The notes under the pieces were generated by a model, which did no database searches, was not told the origin of the DNA, and saw only the letters and a list, made by a program, of their open reading frames with translations. A stretch of 64,000 nt of DNA from Ruditapes philippinarum (taxonomy: Eukaryota). Within the stretch, counting starts at the first letter, position 1; every line of letters begins with the position of its first letter. A program made the position numbers and the translations under genes. Where the stretch lies: positions 186,001 through 250,000 of the forward strand of contig NW_026858371.1 of the NCBI RefSeq assembly GCF_026571515.1. Direction: 5' to 3'. Of this stretch, positions 42,431 through 55,751 are shown in pieces.

Positions 42431-44767
42431 GGGGCATGATGCATGATTTAAACATGCTATAGGTATCACTTTATTTATAATTTAAGTATAATACAGACTG
42501 GTCTAGTATCTTTCTTTCCATCCATTAATTATGATGCATGTGGAACAATAATTCACTACTTTAGTTTTCGACAAGGCTACAGAGAAAAAGATTTATATAT
42601 AAGACAGACAAGATGAATCTGGAGATGATAATGGTTTGGCATTTAAGAAATAACATTGGTTTCATTGGTTTTTATTTGACGCTAGATAAGATCGTTTAAC
42701 AATGCAGCGAACGATTTCTGTTGTTGATTTTAATTGAACGTTAATCAGTTGCAATGAAATTAAAAATCGTAAATATCATCAGACAAGGTATTTTATATAC
42801 AACTAGTTTTATTTTACTTTAGTCAGGCCAAGAGGCACAATTTGTTTATCATAATTGTTTGAGTGTTACTTAATAACAAGTATCTTAATTGTAGATATAA
42901 TTGATCGTTTATTAATAACAACAGTATCATATTTCTCCTTCACATGTAGAATGTTTTACATATCAATATCTTAATTTCAACATATTGTTTCCATCATGCG
43001 GGGAAAAAAACATGAATTTTTATATCCTATTATATACGCAGTTCAAACATATATTAAATAAATAAGATTACATCTTTTTTATATAAAGAGAACCCTTTCC
43101 TTGAGGTAGCAGATTATGCTGTGATAATAATAAGCACATAAAAATCAACTCAAAGTAATATATCAAATAGGTTTTTAAAAAATAGTAGTTTACGTTGTCT
43201 AACATTTACAGAAGGCATTAGATAAATTGCTAAGAAATGGGTTGTATTTTCAGCTTATCAAAAATATGAAGTGTATATTCGTATCTTCATGGTGTTTTGT
43301 GTGCGCCTTCTTTATTACAATAATAAGCCGCGAGACATTTCAATGCCACCTGAAGTGGAAAACGGATAAGAGATAATTCAAAGCACAGTCAAGTAATCTC
43401 AGTATGATTTATTACAGAAAATATGTATTATATAATTTACATTTTCTCAAGTTCTTAAGTTCCTATCTCTATTTGAATCTGAGTACACATTTTACATTTT
43501 ATATCAATATTACATACTTTCTTAACCTTATTAATATGTGAATTGTTTTGTTTAAAGATCATTTTTGTCATCTTCGACATAAATGCATAACATAGGCACA
43601 TTCTTACATAAGAAAAATATGATTTTATTCAAAACTAACATTTACAATCTAAAGACAAGTAAATAAAAGGAGGAAGGACCATTTGCCGAACCGGTATCTT
43701 CCCGGACGCTTATGGTTTTTCGTACGGCAAATACGTTCTTTTGGAAAAAAAATCGCTTGTCTACCTAAAAGATACTATAATACTATTTACACCAAATGAA
43801 AGTCATTGTTCATTATTCTTTAACTTACTTTAGATCTTTTTTACTCTACCAATTTAAGAAGAAATTCATAAAAATAGAATGAATTTATGTATTTATATAT
43901 AAGATTTTTTTTCCAAATGGCAACTGCCTTGTGCCGATAATAGCTTGAAACAGGTTTGCACGTTTGTGGAAATTTTCGTATACAAAAAAAATAGGCCTTG
44001 ATCCAATGATTAATTTAATGAATTGCAAAAACGTTTACAGTACCACATAAATCAATTATTTCATATCTTTCTAATTAAGACAAACGTGCAATTTTCAGAA
44101 AAAATTGAGGAAGTGATGATAGATTCATTTATAACGGCAGACACGGTTTTAATGATTTTGGAGAACAAATTATAGCTTAGGGGAAATTCTTAGATTATAA
44201 TCTAGGCAATAATGTTGCAAATACCTTTAAAATTGGAAAATTTTAAGTTTAATTTATAATCGTCGTCCACAACCATATGCTATTCCGAAATATATTTTTT
44301 TCACAGCTTAAGTAAGTTTGAGAAAAGCTTATATCGTCATAGCTTGTGCTAACGGGAGAGGATGGGACATGCTGCAATTATCTTCTTTTTTTTTCTTCAT
44401 TGGTTTTGATTATATTAAAGTCTTATCTTCATACGCTTACAAGTTTTTTAGTATATGTATAGATACAGTTGACTCTAATGAATATATCATTAAGATCTCA
44501 TATTAAAACCTTAGATTCATACTTTTTATGTTATTAAGACTGACTGATTGACTTGAAGCCTCACAAATTTAAACATTGTGTTTATTAAAAGATGCATTGA
44601 TTCAAATTCGAATGGAAATATATTCATTTTCCTTCAGAACATTTTTTTTCTATTTGTGATAGACTGATTACATTTCAAATGATTCATTTCCTGCATCAAT
44701 GAATGATTTTTGGGAAAATAATATTCAAAAGGAAACAGTTGCTTCAATAACATATAAAAATCTTTAC

Positions 44768-45058
44768 CCATTTCATCAATATCTGTTGCCATATACAGTG
44801 AACCTGTCACAACTTTAACTCTGACTATGAATAAATAATTTTCAAAAATTAAGGCCATCGAACATGCTATGCGTGTTTGTACTACTTCTCAACCAAAATT
44901 GTTTTCCATTTTCTGTATTACAAATAAGATAGTGGTGCAAGGAAAAGTTCATATTCATTTCCTATTTCAGAAGACTAGATCTCAGTTGAGTCTTCAATGT
45001 TGACGTCATTTAAATTATTGTTATAGGTATTATTATTATTAAAGGTGATCACTAACAT
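44768..45058 (-). pseudogene. Exon-1 paralogue D
   Basis: MLVITFNNNNTYNNNLNDVNIEDSTEI* has a premature TAG. The 3' part ALIFENYLFIVRVKVVTGSLYMATDIDEM ends at an intact G|GTAAAG donor. Confidence 0.85.
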
Positions 45059-45904
45059 ATCCCAGTATTCCCCTTTTATGACACCTCTGAAAAATAACGG
45101 GGATAATGCCAAATAATTTCAAGTTGGTCAGAAGACGTAATTAGATATATCGATAAGGATTGCTTAGTAATTCATCGTCACAACTGACTCTTTCATTTCT
45201 CATTTCCAGTAATCCATGTCACCAATATTACATTGTAAACAACATTACATTTTCCCAAAAGCAATATCCTGTATAAAATGAATAATTCTTACATTAATAA
45301 GATATATCTAACATAACCTTTCACAATTCATATCAAACGGCTTAAATAGGTATGTGCTCTTAACTTAATAAAACAGTGCTTTTAATGGTTTCTAATGTCT
45401 TGCATACATACTCGTATATACAGAGACAAGGAATGATAAAATCATATTGCTTTGCGTGTTTTTTTGTTTTAGTAAATCGCTTGTAAATATGTTGTGTTTT
45501 CAGTTTTTGTAAAGAAAAATGAGGTGCTCTTTCATGATGCTTTGTGCGCGCGTTCCGAAAACCACTTATAAACCGCAAGAAACTTCAATGCTATCTGGAG
45601 AGGAAAACAGTCCTAGAATAATAAAAGAGGTGTTCTTTCGTATGTGCACGCGTTCCTGAATTCACTTATAAAGCGCGAGAAACTTAAATGCAATCTAAAG
45701 AGGAAAGCGGATTATAAATCATTCATAGCGCAGTTTAATTATCTCACTGTGATAACAAGGAATATTTTTTTTGTCAGAACTGGGTCCCTATCTCCGTTTG
45801 AATTTAAGTATAAATTTCCAAGTATTTCTAATTTTTAACAATAATGTTAATGAGCATTAAGAATTTGTAGAAGGTTGAAAATTCAACTTATATTTTGTTT
45901 TTGA

Positions 45905-46350
45905 AACAAGAATGGAGCCCATCGGTCCTCATTGATTCAATCATTTGGATTTATCGTTTAAGGTTGTATTATGAGGCTTCATAACCTCAGATCCCCTTTC
46001 AAAATTCCATTTTATTTAGTTCCGCCCATTGATTTCTCGTCCAGGGCGCATGCATTGTTTTTACTTGGGGACCATATGCCGCTTTTCATGGAATGGCACT
46101 AACGTGTCACATTGAAGGTTCCCTGATGACCGCCATATGAACACATCTGCGGATGTTTCAAAAATCTTAATTTTACTAGTTCATGTTAAATGTTGAATTC
46201 TGTTTAAGCCTGTGCTGGGGGGGGGGGGTGCACGGTAGTTCGCACTTGACAGTACCGTCCATGAACAGGCCCAATCAAACCGAGCCTGCAACATTTTCAA
46301 TTTTGCCGTGTTGGGCTTTCTTTAGGGGTTCTTATTTCTCTCTATTTTTT
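45905..46350. mobile_element. Dispersed hairpin-containing repeat, longest copy (3 of 4)
   Basis: 46145-46350 matches 51525-51723 inverted; the segment is absent from the other tandem units. Confidence 0.75.
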
Positions 46351-47611
46351 TGAAACATGTATATGATTCTTACATATTATTTTCTATGATAATTATAATA
46401 GTTAGCATTATATATTGATTCTACAGCACATAAAAGTTAGTTTACATTTCATATCAACATTATCTACTTTCTAAACATTTTTAATATGTAAATTGTTTCC
46501 TTTAAAGATCATTTTTGTCATTTGCTACACAAAACACAAAACCTAGTCACATTCTTACATAACAAACATATGATTTTATTAAGAACAAATATTTTCAATC
46601 TTAAGACAAGTGAATAAAATGACTATTTGCCGGACCGGCATCTTCCCTGACGCTTTTGTTTTTCGTGCTGCAAATACTTTCTATTGGGCCACCTTGCAGG
46701 TAGTGTTATCTTTTTTACAGCAAACGGAAGTGATATTTCATTAATTTCAACTTAATGTAGATCTTTTTTGAACTCTACAAATTTTAGAATTTTATTTAAA
46801 ATCGAATCATTTTTATGTTTTGTACAGTAATTTCGTTTTGAATATAAGATTATTTTTTTTTGAAATTGCAACACATTTAGGTTTCTGTTAATTTATATGC
46901 TGTAGCAGTATTATGCCGATAATAGCTTTATCCAATTCAATGAAACAGTTTTGCATGTTTGTGGAAATATTTAACATGAAACACAATTAGGCTTCCATCC
47001 AAAGATTAATTTAATGGGCTGCAAAACGTTTACAGTACTCTATGAATCAATTACTTCATAACTATCTAATTAAGACTAACGTGCAATTTTCAGAAGAAAA
47101 TGGAGGAACTGATGATATATTCATTTATAACGCCAGACACGGTTCTAAGGATTTCAGAGAACCAATTATTCCTTAAGGGAAATTCAGAAAAGAAACTAAT
47201 CTGCTTTATGATTTACAAAAGGTTGAATTGGCTCTTGGATTATAATCTAGGCAATTACGTTGCAAATTCCCTTTCAAATGGCTAATTCTAAGTTTGATTT
47301 ATAACCGTCCTGCATAACTCCATGCTTTTCCAAATTTGAATTCTACCACAGTTTAAGTTAGTTCGAAAAAAGCTTATGTCGTCTTAGGTTAGGTGCAAAC
47401 GGGAGAGAATAAGACATGCTGCGCTTATAATTAGTTTTCATAAACAGACGATAAAAACGATCTTTATTTCTTTTTGTTACGTTTTTCATTGTTTTCGATA
47501 ATATTAAAATCTCTTATCTTCAAACACTTAAAAGTGTTTTAGTATATGTATAAATATAGTTGTCTCAAATGAATATAAGATCTCATTTTAAAACCTTTGA
47601 TTCTTACTTTT

Positions 47612-48860
47612 TAGCTCGACTATTCGATAAGAATAAGTAGAGCTATTGCAGTCACCCGAGCGTCGGCGTCGGCGTCGGCGTAACCACTTATGTTAAAGTT
47701 TTTGTAATAGTTCAAATATTTTCAAAGTCCATTGACATATGGCTTTGAAACTTTGCACACTTGTTCACAATCATGACCCCAACCTGTAGACAGGAGGAGG
47801 TAACTCTATCAAGCATTTTGACAGAATTATGCCCCTTTTTCGACTTAGAATTTACGTTAAAGTTTTTGTAATAGTTCAAATATTTTCAAAGTCCATTGAC
47901 ATATGGCTTTGAAACTTTGCACACTTGTTCACCATCATGACCCCGACCTGTAGACAGGAGGAGGTAACTCTATCAAGCATTTTGACAGAATTATGCCCCT
48001 TTTTCGACTTAGAATTTACGTTAAAGTTTTTGTAATAGTTCAAATATTTTCAAAGTCCATTAACAAATGGCTTTGAAACTTTGCACACTTGTTTACCATC
48101 ATGACCCCAACCTATAGACAGGAGGAGGTAACTCTATCAATCATTTTGACAGAATTGTGCCCCTTTTTCGACTTAGAATTTACGTTAAAGTTTTTGTAAT
48201 AGTTCAAATATTTTCAAAGTCCATTGACATATGGCTTTGAAACTTTGCATACTTGTTCACCATCATGACCCCAACCTGTAGACAGGAGGAGGTATCTCTA
48301 TCAAGCATTTTGACAGAATTATGCCCCTTTTTCGACTTAGAATTTACGTTAAAGTTTTTGTGAAAGTTAAAATATTTTCAAAGACCATTGACATATGGCT
48401 TTGAAACTTTGAACACTTGTTCACCATTATGATCCCAACCTGTAGACAGGAGGAGGTAACTCAATCAAGCATTTTGACAGAATTATGCCCCTTTTTCGAC
48501 TTAGAATTTACGTTAAAGTTTTTGTAATAGTTCAAATATTTTCAAAGTCCATTGACATATGGCTTTGAAACTTTGCACACTTGTTCACCATCATGACCCC
48601 AACCTGTAGACAGGAGGAGGTAACTCTATCAAGCATTTTGACAGAATTATGCCCCTTTTTCGACTTAGAATTTACGTTAAAGATTTTGTAATAGTTCAAA
48701 TATTTTCAAAGTCCATTGACATATGGCTTTGAAACTTTGCACACTTGTTCACCATCATGACCCCAACCTGTAAACAGGAGGAGGTATCTGTATCAAGCAT
48801 TTTTTTTACTATCAAGCACTAAGAATAGTCGAGCGTTGCTGTCCTACCGACAGCTCTTGT
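47612..48860 (+). mobile_element. Helentron-associated non-autonomous element (HINE, pearl/DINE-1-like) with internal satellite
   Basis: subTIR gctcgactattc / gaatagtcgagc, 5' tagctc..gagcta, (cggcgt)n, 3' hairpin gctgtc-ctacc-gacagc. Inserted in a T-run with no clear TSD; empty sites at ~40825, 44525 and 52672. Confidence 0.9.
47692..48803. repeat. Satellite array, ~6.8 x 164 bp
   Basis: Monomer starts (gttaaag) at 47692, 47856, 48020, 48184, 48348, 48512 and 48676; monomers nearly identical. Confidence 0.95.
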
Positions 48861-49089
48861 TTATGTTACAATGATTGATGGGAGGGAGACCTCACAATTC
48901 TAAACATTGTGTGTATTCAAAAATACATGACCTCAAATTTGAATGGAAACAACTTAATACGACCTTTTCGGTCAGAACATTCCTTTCAATTTATGATAGA
49001 CTGGTGACAGTTCCTGCATCGATGATTACATTTTGGGAAAATAATACTTAAAACGGAACCGCTGTTTCAATTACATGTAAAACTCTTAT

Positions 49090-49333
49090 AACCATATAAA
49101 ATGAAATTATCACCACTGTAACTCCGACTTTGAATAAATAATATTTTAGAAATTTAGGCCACCGAACGTGCTGTGCGTTTTTGTACTCGTTACTTCTTAA
49201 CCATTTCTGTCTATTTTCTGTATTTAAAACAAGATATTGGTGCAAGGAGAAGGTCAGCTTTACTTTCTACTTTAGAAGACAAAGGTTACTTTCATCTTTC
49301 ATCATAATTATTACAATAGGTGATCACTTACAT
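49090..49333 (-). pseudogene. Exon-1 paralogue E
   Basis: Begins ATG TAA GTG ATC ACC; multiple stops; the KDIDEM/donor segment is deleted. Confidence 0.85.
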
Positions 49334-50827
49334 ATCCCAGGATTCCCAGTTTATGTCACGTCTGACGTATTACGGGGATAATGTAAAATGATTTCCAATT
49401 GGTCAGTAGACGTTATTAGATATATCGATAGATATTGCTAAGAAATCTGAAGTCAAAACTAACTATTTCTTTTCCGGGCTTGTCTGAACAGACCATTGAT
49501 CTATGTCCTCCAAGATTGCATTGTTAACTATATAATAATTTCCCACAAACAATATCTTGTATGAAACGAACAACTTCTACATTTATAAAATATACAGTTA
49601 AAAAAATCTTTCACAGTTCAAACGAAAAAGACTTGAATTTGTTCTTGAATTGATAAAACAGACTGAGTGTTACTTACTTACAAATATCTTTATTGTAGAT
49701 ATAATTGACAGTTTATCAATAAAAACGTCATCAAATATATCGTTCACATATAACCTGTTTACATATCAATATCTTTATTTCAACATATCAATCATGCGGG
49801 GAAAAACAATTAATTATTATATCCTATATACGCAATTCAAACATATAAATAAATAAGATTAAATTTTCTCGGATATAAAGAGAAACCTTTCCTTGAGATA
49901 GCAGATAATGCTGTGATATTATCATGCACGAACACATCTGTTTCAGCACAATGGTCGATTACGTACTTTTTGTGTAAATGATCAAAAAAGCAATTTGGTT
50001 ACAAGCAAAATATTAGATTAATGACCAGCAAAAGTCTATGTTTATCGTTCCTCAAAAATCAAAAATTATGTTACAATTTAATTAAACACAAACTTGCATT
50101 TTAAGAATATTATTGAATATAAGAATGAATGTACATGCATTTATCAAGCTTAAACTTACTATAACAAGGTGAGAAGTAATCGTTGCAGAAACAGCAAATC
50201 TGCAGAATGGTCTCATAAAGTGATTAAAACTAAGCAAATGTTCTACATTTACAGTATTTCTCGTTTACGTCAATATTTGTGTATGCATCGCACTACTAAA
50301 TGCCCTTTTAATGATATTTCTAATGGATAATGATCACCAGACGACTTCATTTAATTTCCAAAAGATTCATGAAGTAATGTCATCCATACTGATTTAAATC
50401 ACATTTTATTGACATTGCATACTAATATATTGTGTGTTTGAATGTTCGAATCTATATTATAAACATTTTAACCTTTTTTCGCCTGTCCTCAGGGAATTTT
50501 TGATAGATCATTTTATTTTTTTCATAAAATTATGCTACCTGAAACATTTAATCAATTTACAGTTTAATTGTAACTTAATTATCTTAATTCCAGAATACAT
50601 TAAATTTTATAACTAGAGATAGTAAGTATCTTATTTTTCATCGTTCATACATTATATGCTTTATATATCTTGATACTTTTAAACATCTTTTATAATTATA
50701 ATGACTATAGCATCCTTCTATAATATGCAGTTTAAACGTATGAATATAAAATATATATTCTTTTCAGATTTAAACAGAAACAAAATTCTACAGTAGCACT
50801 TTGCAAGTGAAAAAACTGTCGATAATA

Positions 50828-50914
50828 TACTCTCCTGCGCATCGGTCGAATGTTCCACTATCGCTCACTTCTGAAGTAACGGGAGTGTATTCAGTAAGCT
50901 GCGAAGGGAGCGTA
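50828..50914. mobile_element. 87-bp TIR element with 9-bp target duplication (Mutator-like mini-MITE)
   Basis: TSD tcgataata at 50819-50827 and 50915-50923; imperfect TIRs tactctcctgcgca / tgcgaagggagcgta; empty site at ~39258. Confidence 0.7.
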
Positions 50915-51524
50915 TCGATAATATTACTTAAAAGACTTATAAAAATGTTCATATATGCAATTTGGTTCCGAACCAAAGATTAGATTAATAAGCTGAAAAA
51001 CTTAATATTTATCTATCTAATAAATCAAATATTATCTTACTATCTTATTAAACACAAACGTGCAATCTTAGAAGTAAGTGAATATCAGAATGATAATGCA
51101 TTCATTTATCAAGCCAGACACATTTGTAGAGACTTGCGAGAAGAAATAATCGCTACAGAAACATTTGAAACGACAACAAATCTGCTTAATGATCTCACAA
51201 AGTGACTGTTAATGTTTAACATCTTAAGGATTTCTCGTTAAAATTGCATTGATGTCGGATACTTACATATTATTTATAATGATAATTATAATGGTTAATT
51301 CTAGCTTCTATTTTGATTCCGAATTACATAAAATTTACATAAGATATTAATACATGTATTCTCTACATTCTAAACATTATTCATACATGTATCTAAATTG
51401 TTTCTCTTATAAGATAATTTTTGTCATATGCTACATGAAACACATAACCAACTCATATGCTTAGATAGGAAATATATGTTTTCATTTAAAACTAATATTT
51501 ACAAATCCAAAGACAAAGAAACAG

Positions 51525-51723
51525 AAAATAGATAAATACAGAATCCCTAAAGAAAGCCCAACACGGCAAAATTGAAAATGTTGCAGACTCGGTTTGATTG
51601 AGCCTGTTCATGGACGGTACTGGAAAGTGCAAGTTACCGTCCACGCCCCCTAGCACCAGCTTAAGCAGAATTCAACATTTAAACATGATATAGTAAAATT
51701 TTGAATTTAGAAACATCCGCAGA
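51525..51723. mobile_element. Dispersed hairpin-containing repeat, copy 4 of 4
   Basis: Inserted between aaacagaa and tttgccagac, which are nearly adjacent at ~39862-39885. Confidence 0.8.
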
Positions 51724-52899
51724 CTCTTTTGCCAGACGGGAATCTTCCCTAACGGTTTTGTTTTTCGTGGTGAAAATACTTTCTACTGGAAGTAAATAGG
51801 TTTTTACCTTACATAAACAATTGTTACAGCAAAAGAAAGTCATGTTTTGTTATATCCAACTCATTTTACGGTAGATCATTTTTCTAATTTTACCAATTTT
51901 GGAAGAAGTGTAATCAAAGTCGAATCATTTTTTATGCAGTAATCTCGTTTTAAATATAAGAGTTTCACCCCAAATAACAACACATTATTTTTTCTGAAAA
52001 AGTGATATGCTGTAGTAGTTTTCTGCCGATAATAGCTTTATCTAATACAATGACACTGTTCTGAACGTTTTTGAAAATATTTCTGAAGAAAAACAATTAG
52101 GCGTCCATCCAAAGATTGAATTATTGAACAGCAAAATGTTTACATTCCCTCATAAATCAATTATTTCATAACTATCTAATTAAGACAAACGTGCAATTTT
52201 CAGAAGAAAATGGAGGAACTGATGATACATTCATTTAAAACACCAGACACGGTTGTCAGGGTTTAAGAGAACCATATATTCCTTCTGGAAAATTCAGAAA
52301 AGTAACTAATCTGCTTTATGATTTACAAAAGGTAAAATTGACTTTTAGATTATAATCTAGACAATTATGTTGAAAATACCCTTTCAAATGGCAAATTCTG
52401 AGTTTAATTTACATCCGTCATGCTTAACTATATGCTACTCCGAATTTGAATAATATCGTTTTAGCAGCCGCTAACCGGAGAGGATGAGACATGTTGCACT
52501 TATCATTTCTGTTCAGAAACAGACGATATAAACTTTTTTCATTTTGTTCTTCACTGTTTTCGATTATATTAAAGTCACTTGTCTTCATACGCTTGCAATG
52601 TTTGATTATATGTACAGATACAGCTGTCTCAAATTAATATAAGATCCCATTTTAAAACCTTAGATTCTTACATTTTCATTTGATAAAGATTGACTGGAGA
52701 CCTCACAAACTTAAACATTGTGTGTATTCAAACATACATAAACTCAAGTTTGAATTGAAATTTATTAATATGACATTTTCCTTCTATTCATGATAGGCTA
52801 ATGACATTTTAAATGATTTAGTTCCTGCATCGATGATTGAATTTTAGAAAACATATTCAAAAGGGAACTGCTGTTTTAATCAAATATAAAAATCTGTAC

Positions 52900-53151
52900 C
52901 CATTTCATCGAAATCTTTCGCCATATAAAGTGAAACTGTCACCACTGTAACTCAGACTATGAATAAATAATATTTCAAAAATGAAGTTTGTATCACTTCT
53001 CAACCAAAAATGTTTTCCATTATCTGCATTAAAAACAAGATAGGGTTGCAAGGAAAAAGCCATTTTCATTTCCTATTTTAGAAGAAAAAATCTTAGTTTG
53101 GTCTTCAATGTTGACGTCATTATAATTATTATTATAGGTGATCACTAACAT
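52900..53151 (-). pseudogene. Exon-1 paralogue F
   Basis: MLVITYNNNYNDVNIEDQTKIFSSKIGNENGFFLATLSCF* (stop 53031-53029). Downstream VTVVTVSLYMAKDFDEM G|GTACAG is disconnected from it. Confidence 0.85.
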
Positions 53152-54964
53152 ATCGAAGGATTCCCAATTTATGTCACGCCTGACATATTACGGAACAAAA
53201 TCAAATAATTTCCAATTGGCCAGAAGACGTAATTAGATATATCGATAAGAATTGCTAAGTAATCTAACGTCACAACAAACTCTTTCATTTACGAGCTTGT
53301 CTGAAAAGACCAGTAATCCATGTCATCCAAGATTGCATTGTAAGACGAATTATAATTTCCCCAAAATTATCTTGTCTGAAACGAACAACTCTTACATTAA
53401 TAAAACTATATAGTTTTTAATAACCTTTCAAAGTTCAAATGAAACAGATTAAATGTGTATTTGTTCTTGAATCGATAAAACAAAGCTTTTAATGGTTTTT
53501 GTTGACTTACATACATGTTACAAAGATATAAAAAAGGAAAGGATTTGCGTGTAGGTTTATGAAATAAATTGCTCGTGTGCGAACCACTTATTTAGTCTTA
53601 CATGTATAAACCGCGGTAAACTTGAATGCCATCTGAAGAGGATTTCGGATTACATATAATTCAAAACGCAGTCACATTATCTCACTGTGATAGCGAGGAA
53701 TATATTTTTTTTCAGAACTGGGTTTCTTTCTCTGTTGATTGTCTGTTGATTCTGAATACGAATTTTCAAGCATTTCTCTTTTTTTATAATGCTATTCAGC
53801 ATTAAGGATTTTTATTTGCTTTTTGTGTAATCTCATTCTAATTATTAAACCGTTGCATATAATTAGTTTTAAAATATGATATACTGTTTGCAAAGAAGTA
53901 ATAGCTTAACAAATACAAAACTTTCTGTGTATTATAATCACCAGGCGAATTTCCAAATTAAAGATAAATCCAGTAATGTCATTTCGATAAATGATATTTC
54001 TGATGCATATGTTTAAAAAACTCGTCGTTCTTTCCCATTCCTAATTAGGCCTATCCATACATATTTAGACATAATCAGTAGCTTGAAAGTTATCCAAATT
54101 TGTTTGCCATTAGAAATATTTATTCTTTTAAACGTTTATTTTGGCTTCAAGCTATTTCCTCCTCACAGCTGTTGGTTCCCTGTAGGGACTTTGAATTTTT
54201 AATGTGAGGAGCTAGTGGTGGTTCTACCCAGGTGCCCTGTTGTGCCGGGGGTGTGTCGGGGGCATAATACATGATTTAAACATGTTATTGGTATCTCTTT
54301 ATTTATAATTCTAGTATGATACAGACTAGTCTAGTACCATTCTTTGCATTGTTGTTGTTTGCCCGTTTTTTATATAAAAGAAATCAGTCACAATGAAATG
54401 AAAAATCATAAATATCATAAAAAATTGTATTTTATATACTACTCGTTTTATTTTACACAAGCCAGGTCAATAAGCAAAATGTTAAGTCGTTAATCATAAT
54501 TGTTTGAGTGTTCCTTAATTACAAGTTTCTTAAGTGTAGATATAATTGACTGTTTATTAATAAAAACAATTAAAATTCTATTTCACATATTACATGTTTA
54601 TTTCAACATATTGATGCAGGGGAAAAACAAAGGATATTTATCTCCAATATACGCAATTCAAAGATATAAATAAATAAGATTATATCTCCTCGAATATAAA
54701 GAGAACACTTTTTTGATGTAGCAGATATTGTTGTGATAATAATATGCACGTACACATCTGTTTCGACACAACGGTTGATAAGGTACTTTTTATGAAAATG
54801 GTCATACGAACGAAAGATTAGAATAATGACCTACAAAATTCTATGTTTATCCTATTTCAAAAATCAAATATTACATAACTACAAATATTTAATAAAACAC
54901 AAACTTGCATTTTAAGAATATAATTGAATATAAGAATAATTGTACATTCAATTATCAAATATGA

Positions 54965-55110
54965 TAAACAAGATCAACAAGGAAAGGCGGCGTTCAATGA
55001 ACGCAACCCCCATATGACCCAGCAACAAGAACCAATGGCAAGGAGCCCAGGCGGACCCCAAACAAAAACAGGACAGGGCAAAGACAGAGCACGGACAAGC
55101 CATGCATGTT
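54965..55110 (-). mobile_element. Short insertion, probable non-LTR retrotransposon 3' end
   Basis: Absent at the paralogous site ~50148; related to 14240-14350. Confidence 0.5.
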
Positions 55111-55689
55111 TGTAAAAACTTACTTTAATAAGATAAGAAGGAATCGTTGCAGAAACGTGAACATTGATATGATTACAAATCTGCAGAATGATCTCATTAA
55201 GTGATTAAACCTGAGCAGAAGTTTCTACATCTAAAGTATCTCTCGTTAACGTTAACATTTGTGTATGCATTGCACTATTAAATGTTATTTCGATGATACT
55301 TAAAATAGCTAATTACATTATACATATCGATTTGAATCACATTATATTAACAATATATACTAATATTAAGTTCGTGTTTGAATGTTTGCATTTATCGCAT
55401 AAACCATTTAAGGCCGTATGCTATTTTTCAAAGATCAGTTTTTTTCCCCAGAAAACTATGCTCTCTGAAACACTTAATCCATTTACAGTACTTAATAGTC
55501 AAAATCTTAATTTATGCGTAAAACCCTAGAACAGACGCATCCGTGATATTTTTTCTTGTTTTCTATGCTTACTTTGACTTCAGGAACTAGATACTTTTTG
55601 TACTCTGCGCAAAATGGGAAAGTATCACCGTATTCTTTTTAAATTTGTTCATGAATCTCAGTGACACTTACCGGTCATTATCATATTTT

Positions 55690-55751
55690 ATCGCCATATG
55701 AATTATACTGTGTCAGTATGACGTAAACCCCAATCAATCAAACAAACAAAC
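55690..55751 (+). mobile_element. SINE 3'-tail fragment
   Basis: tcgccatatgaattatactgtgtcagtatgacgtaaaccccaatcaatcaaacaaacaaac. Confidence 0.7.

Noticed and set aside
47100-47285. 61-aa ORF MEELMIYSFITPDTV in the repeated module
   Set aside because: Paralogous positions (e.g. 37073, 40330) contain stops or lack the ATG, so it is not called as a CDS.
47692-48803. CRISPR-like regular array
   Set aside because: Whole 164-bp monomers repeat with no unique spacers; eukaryotic context and no cas genes.
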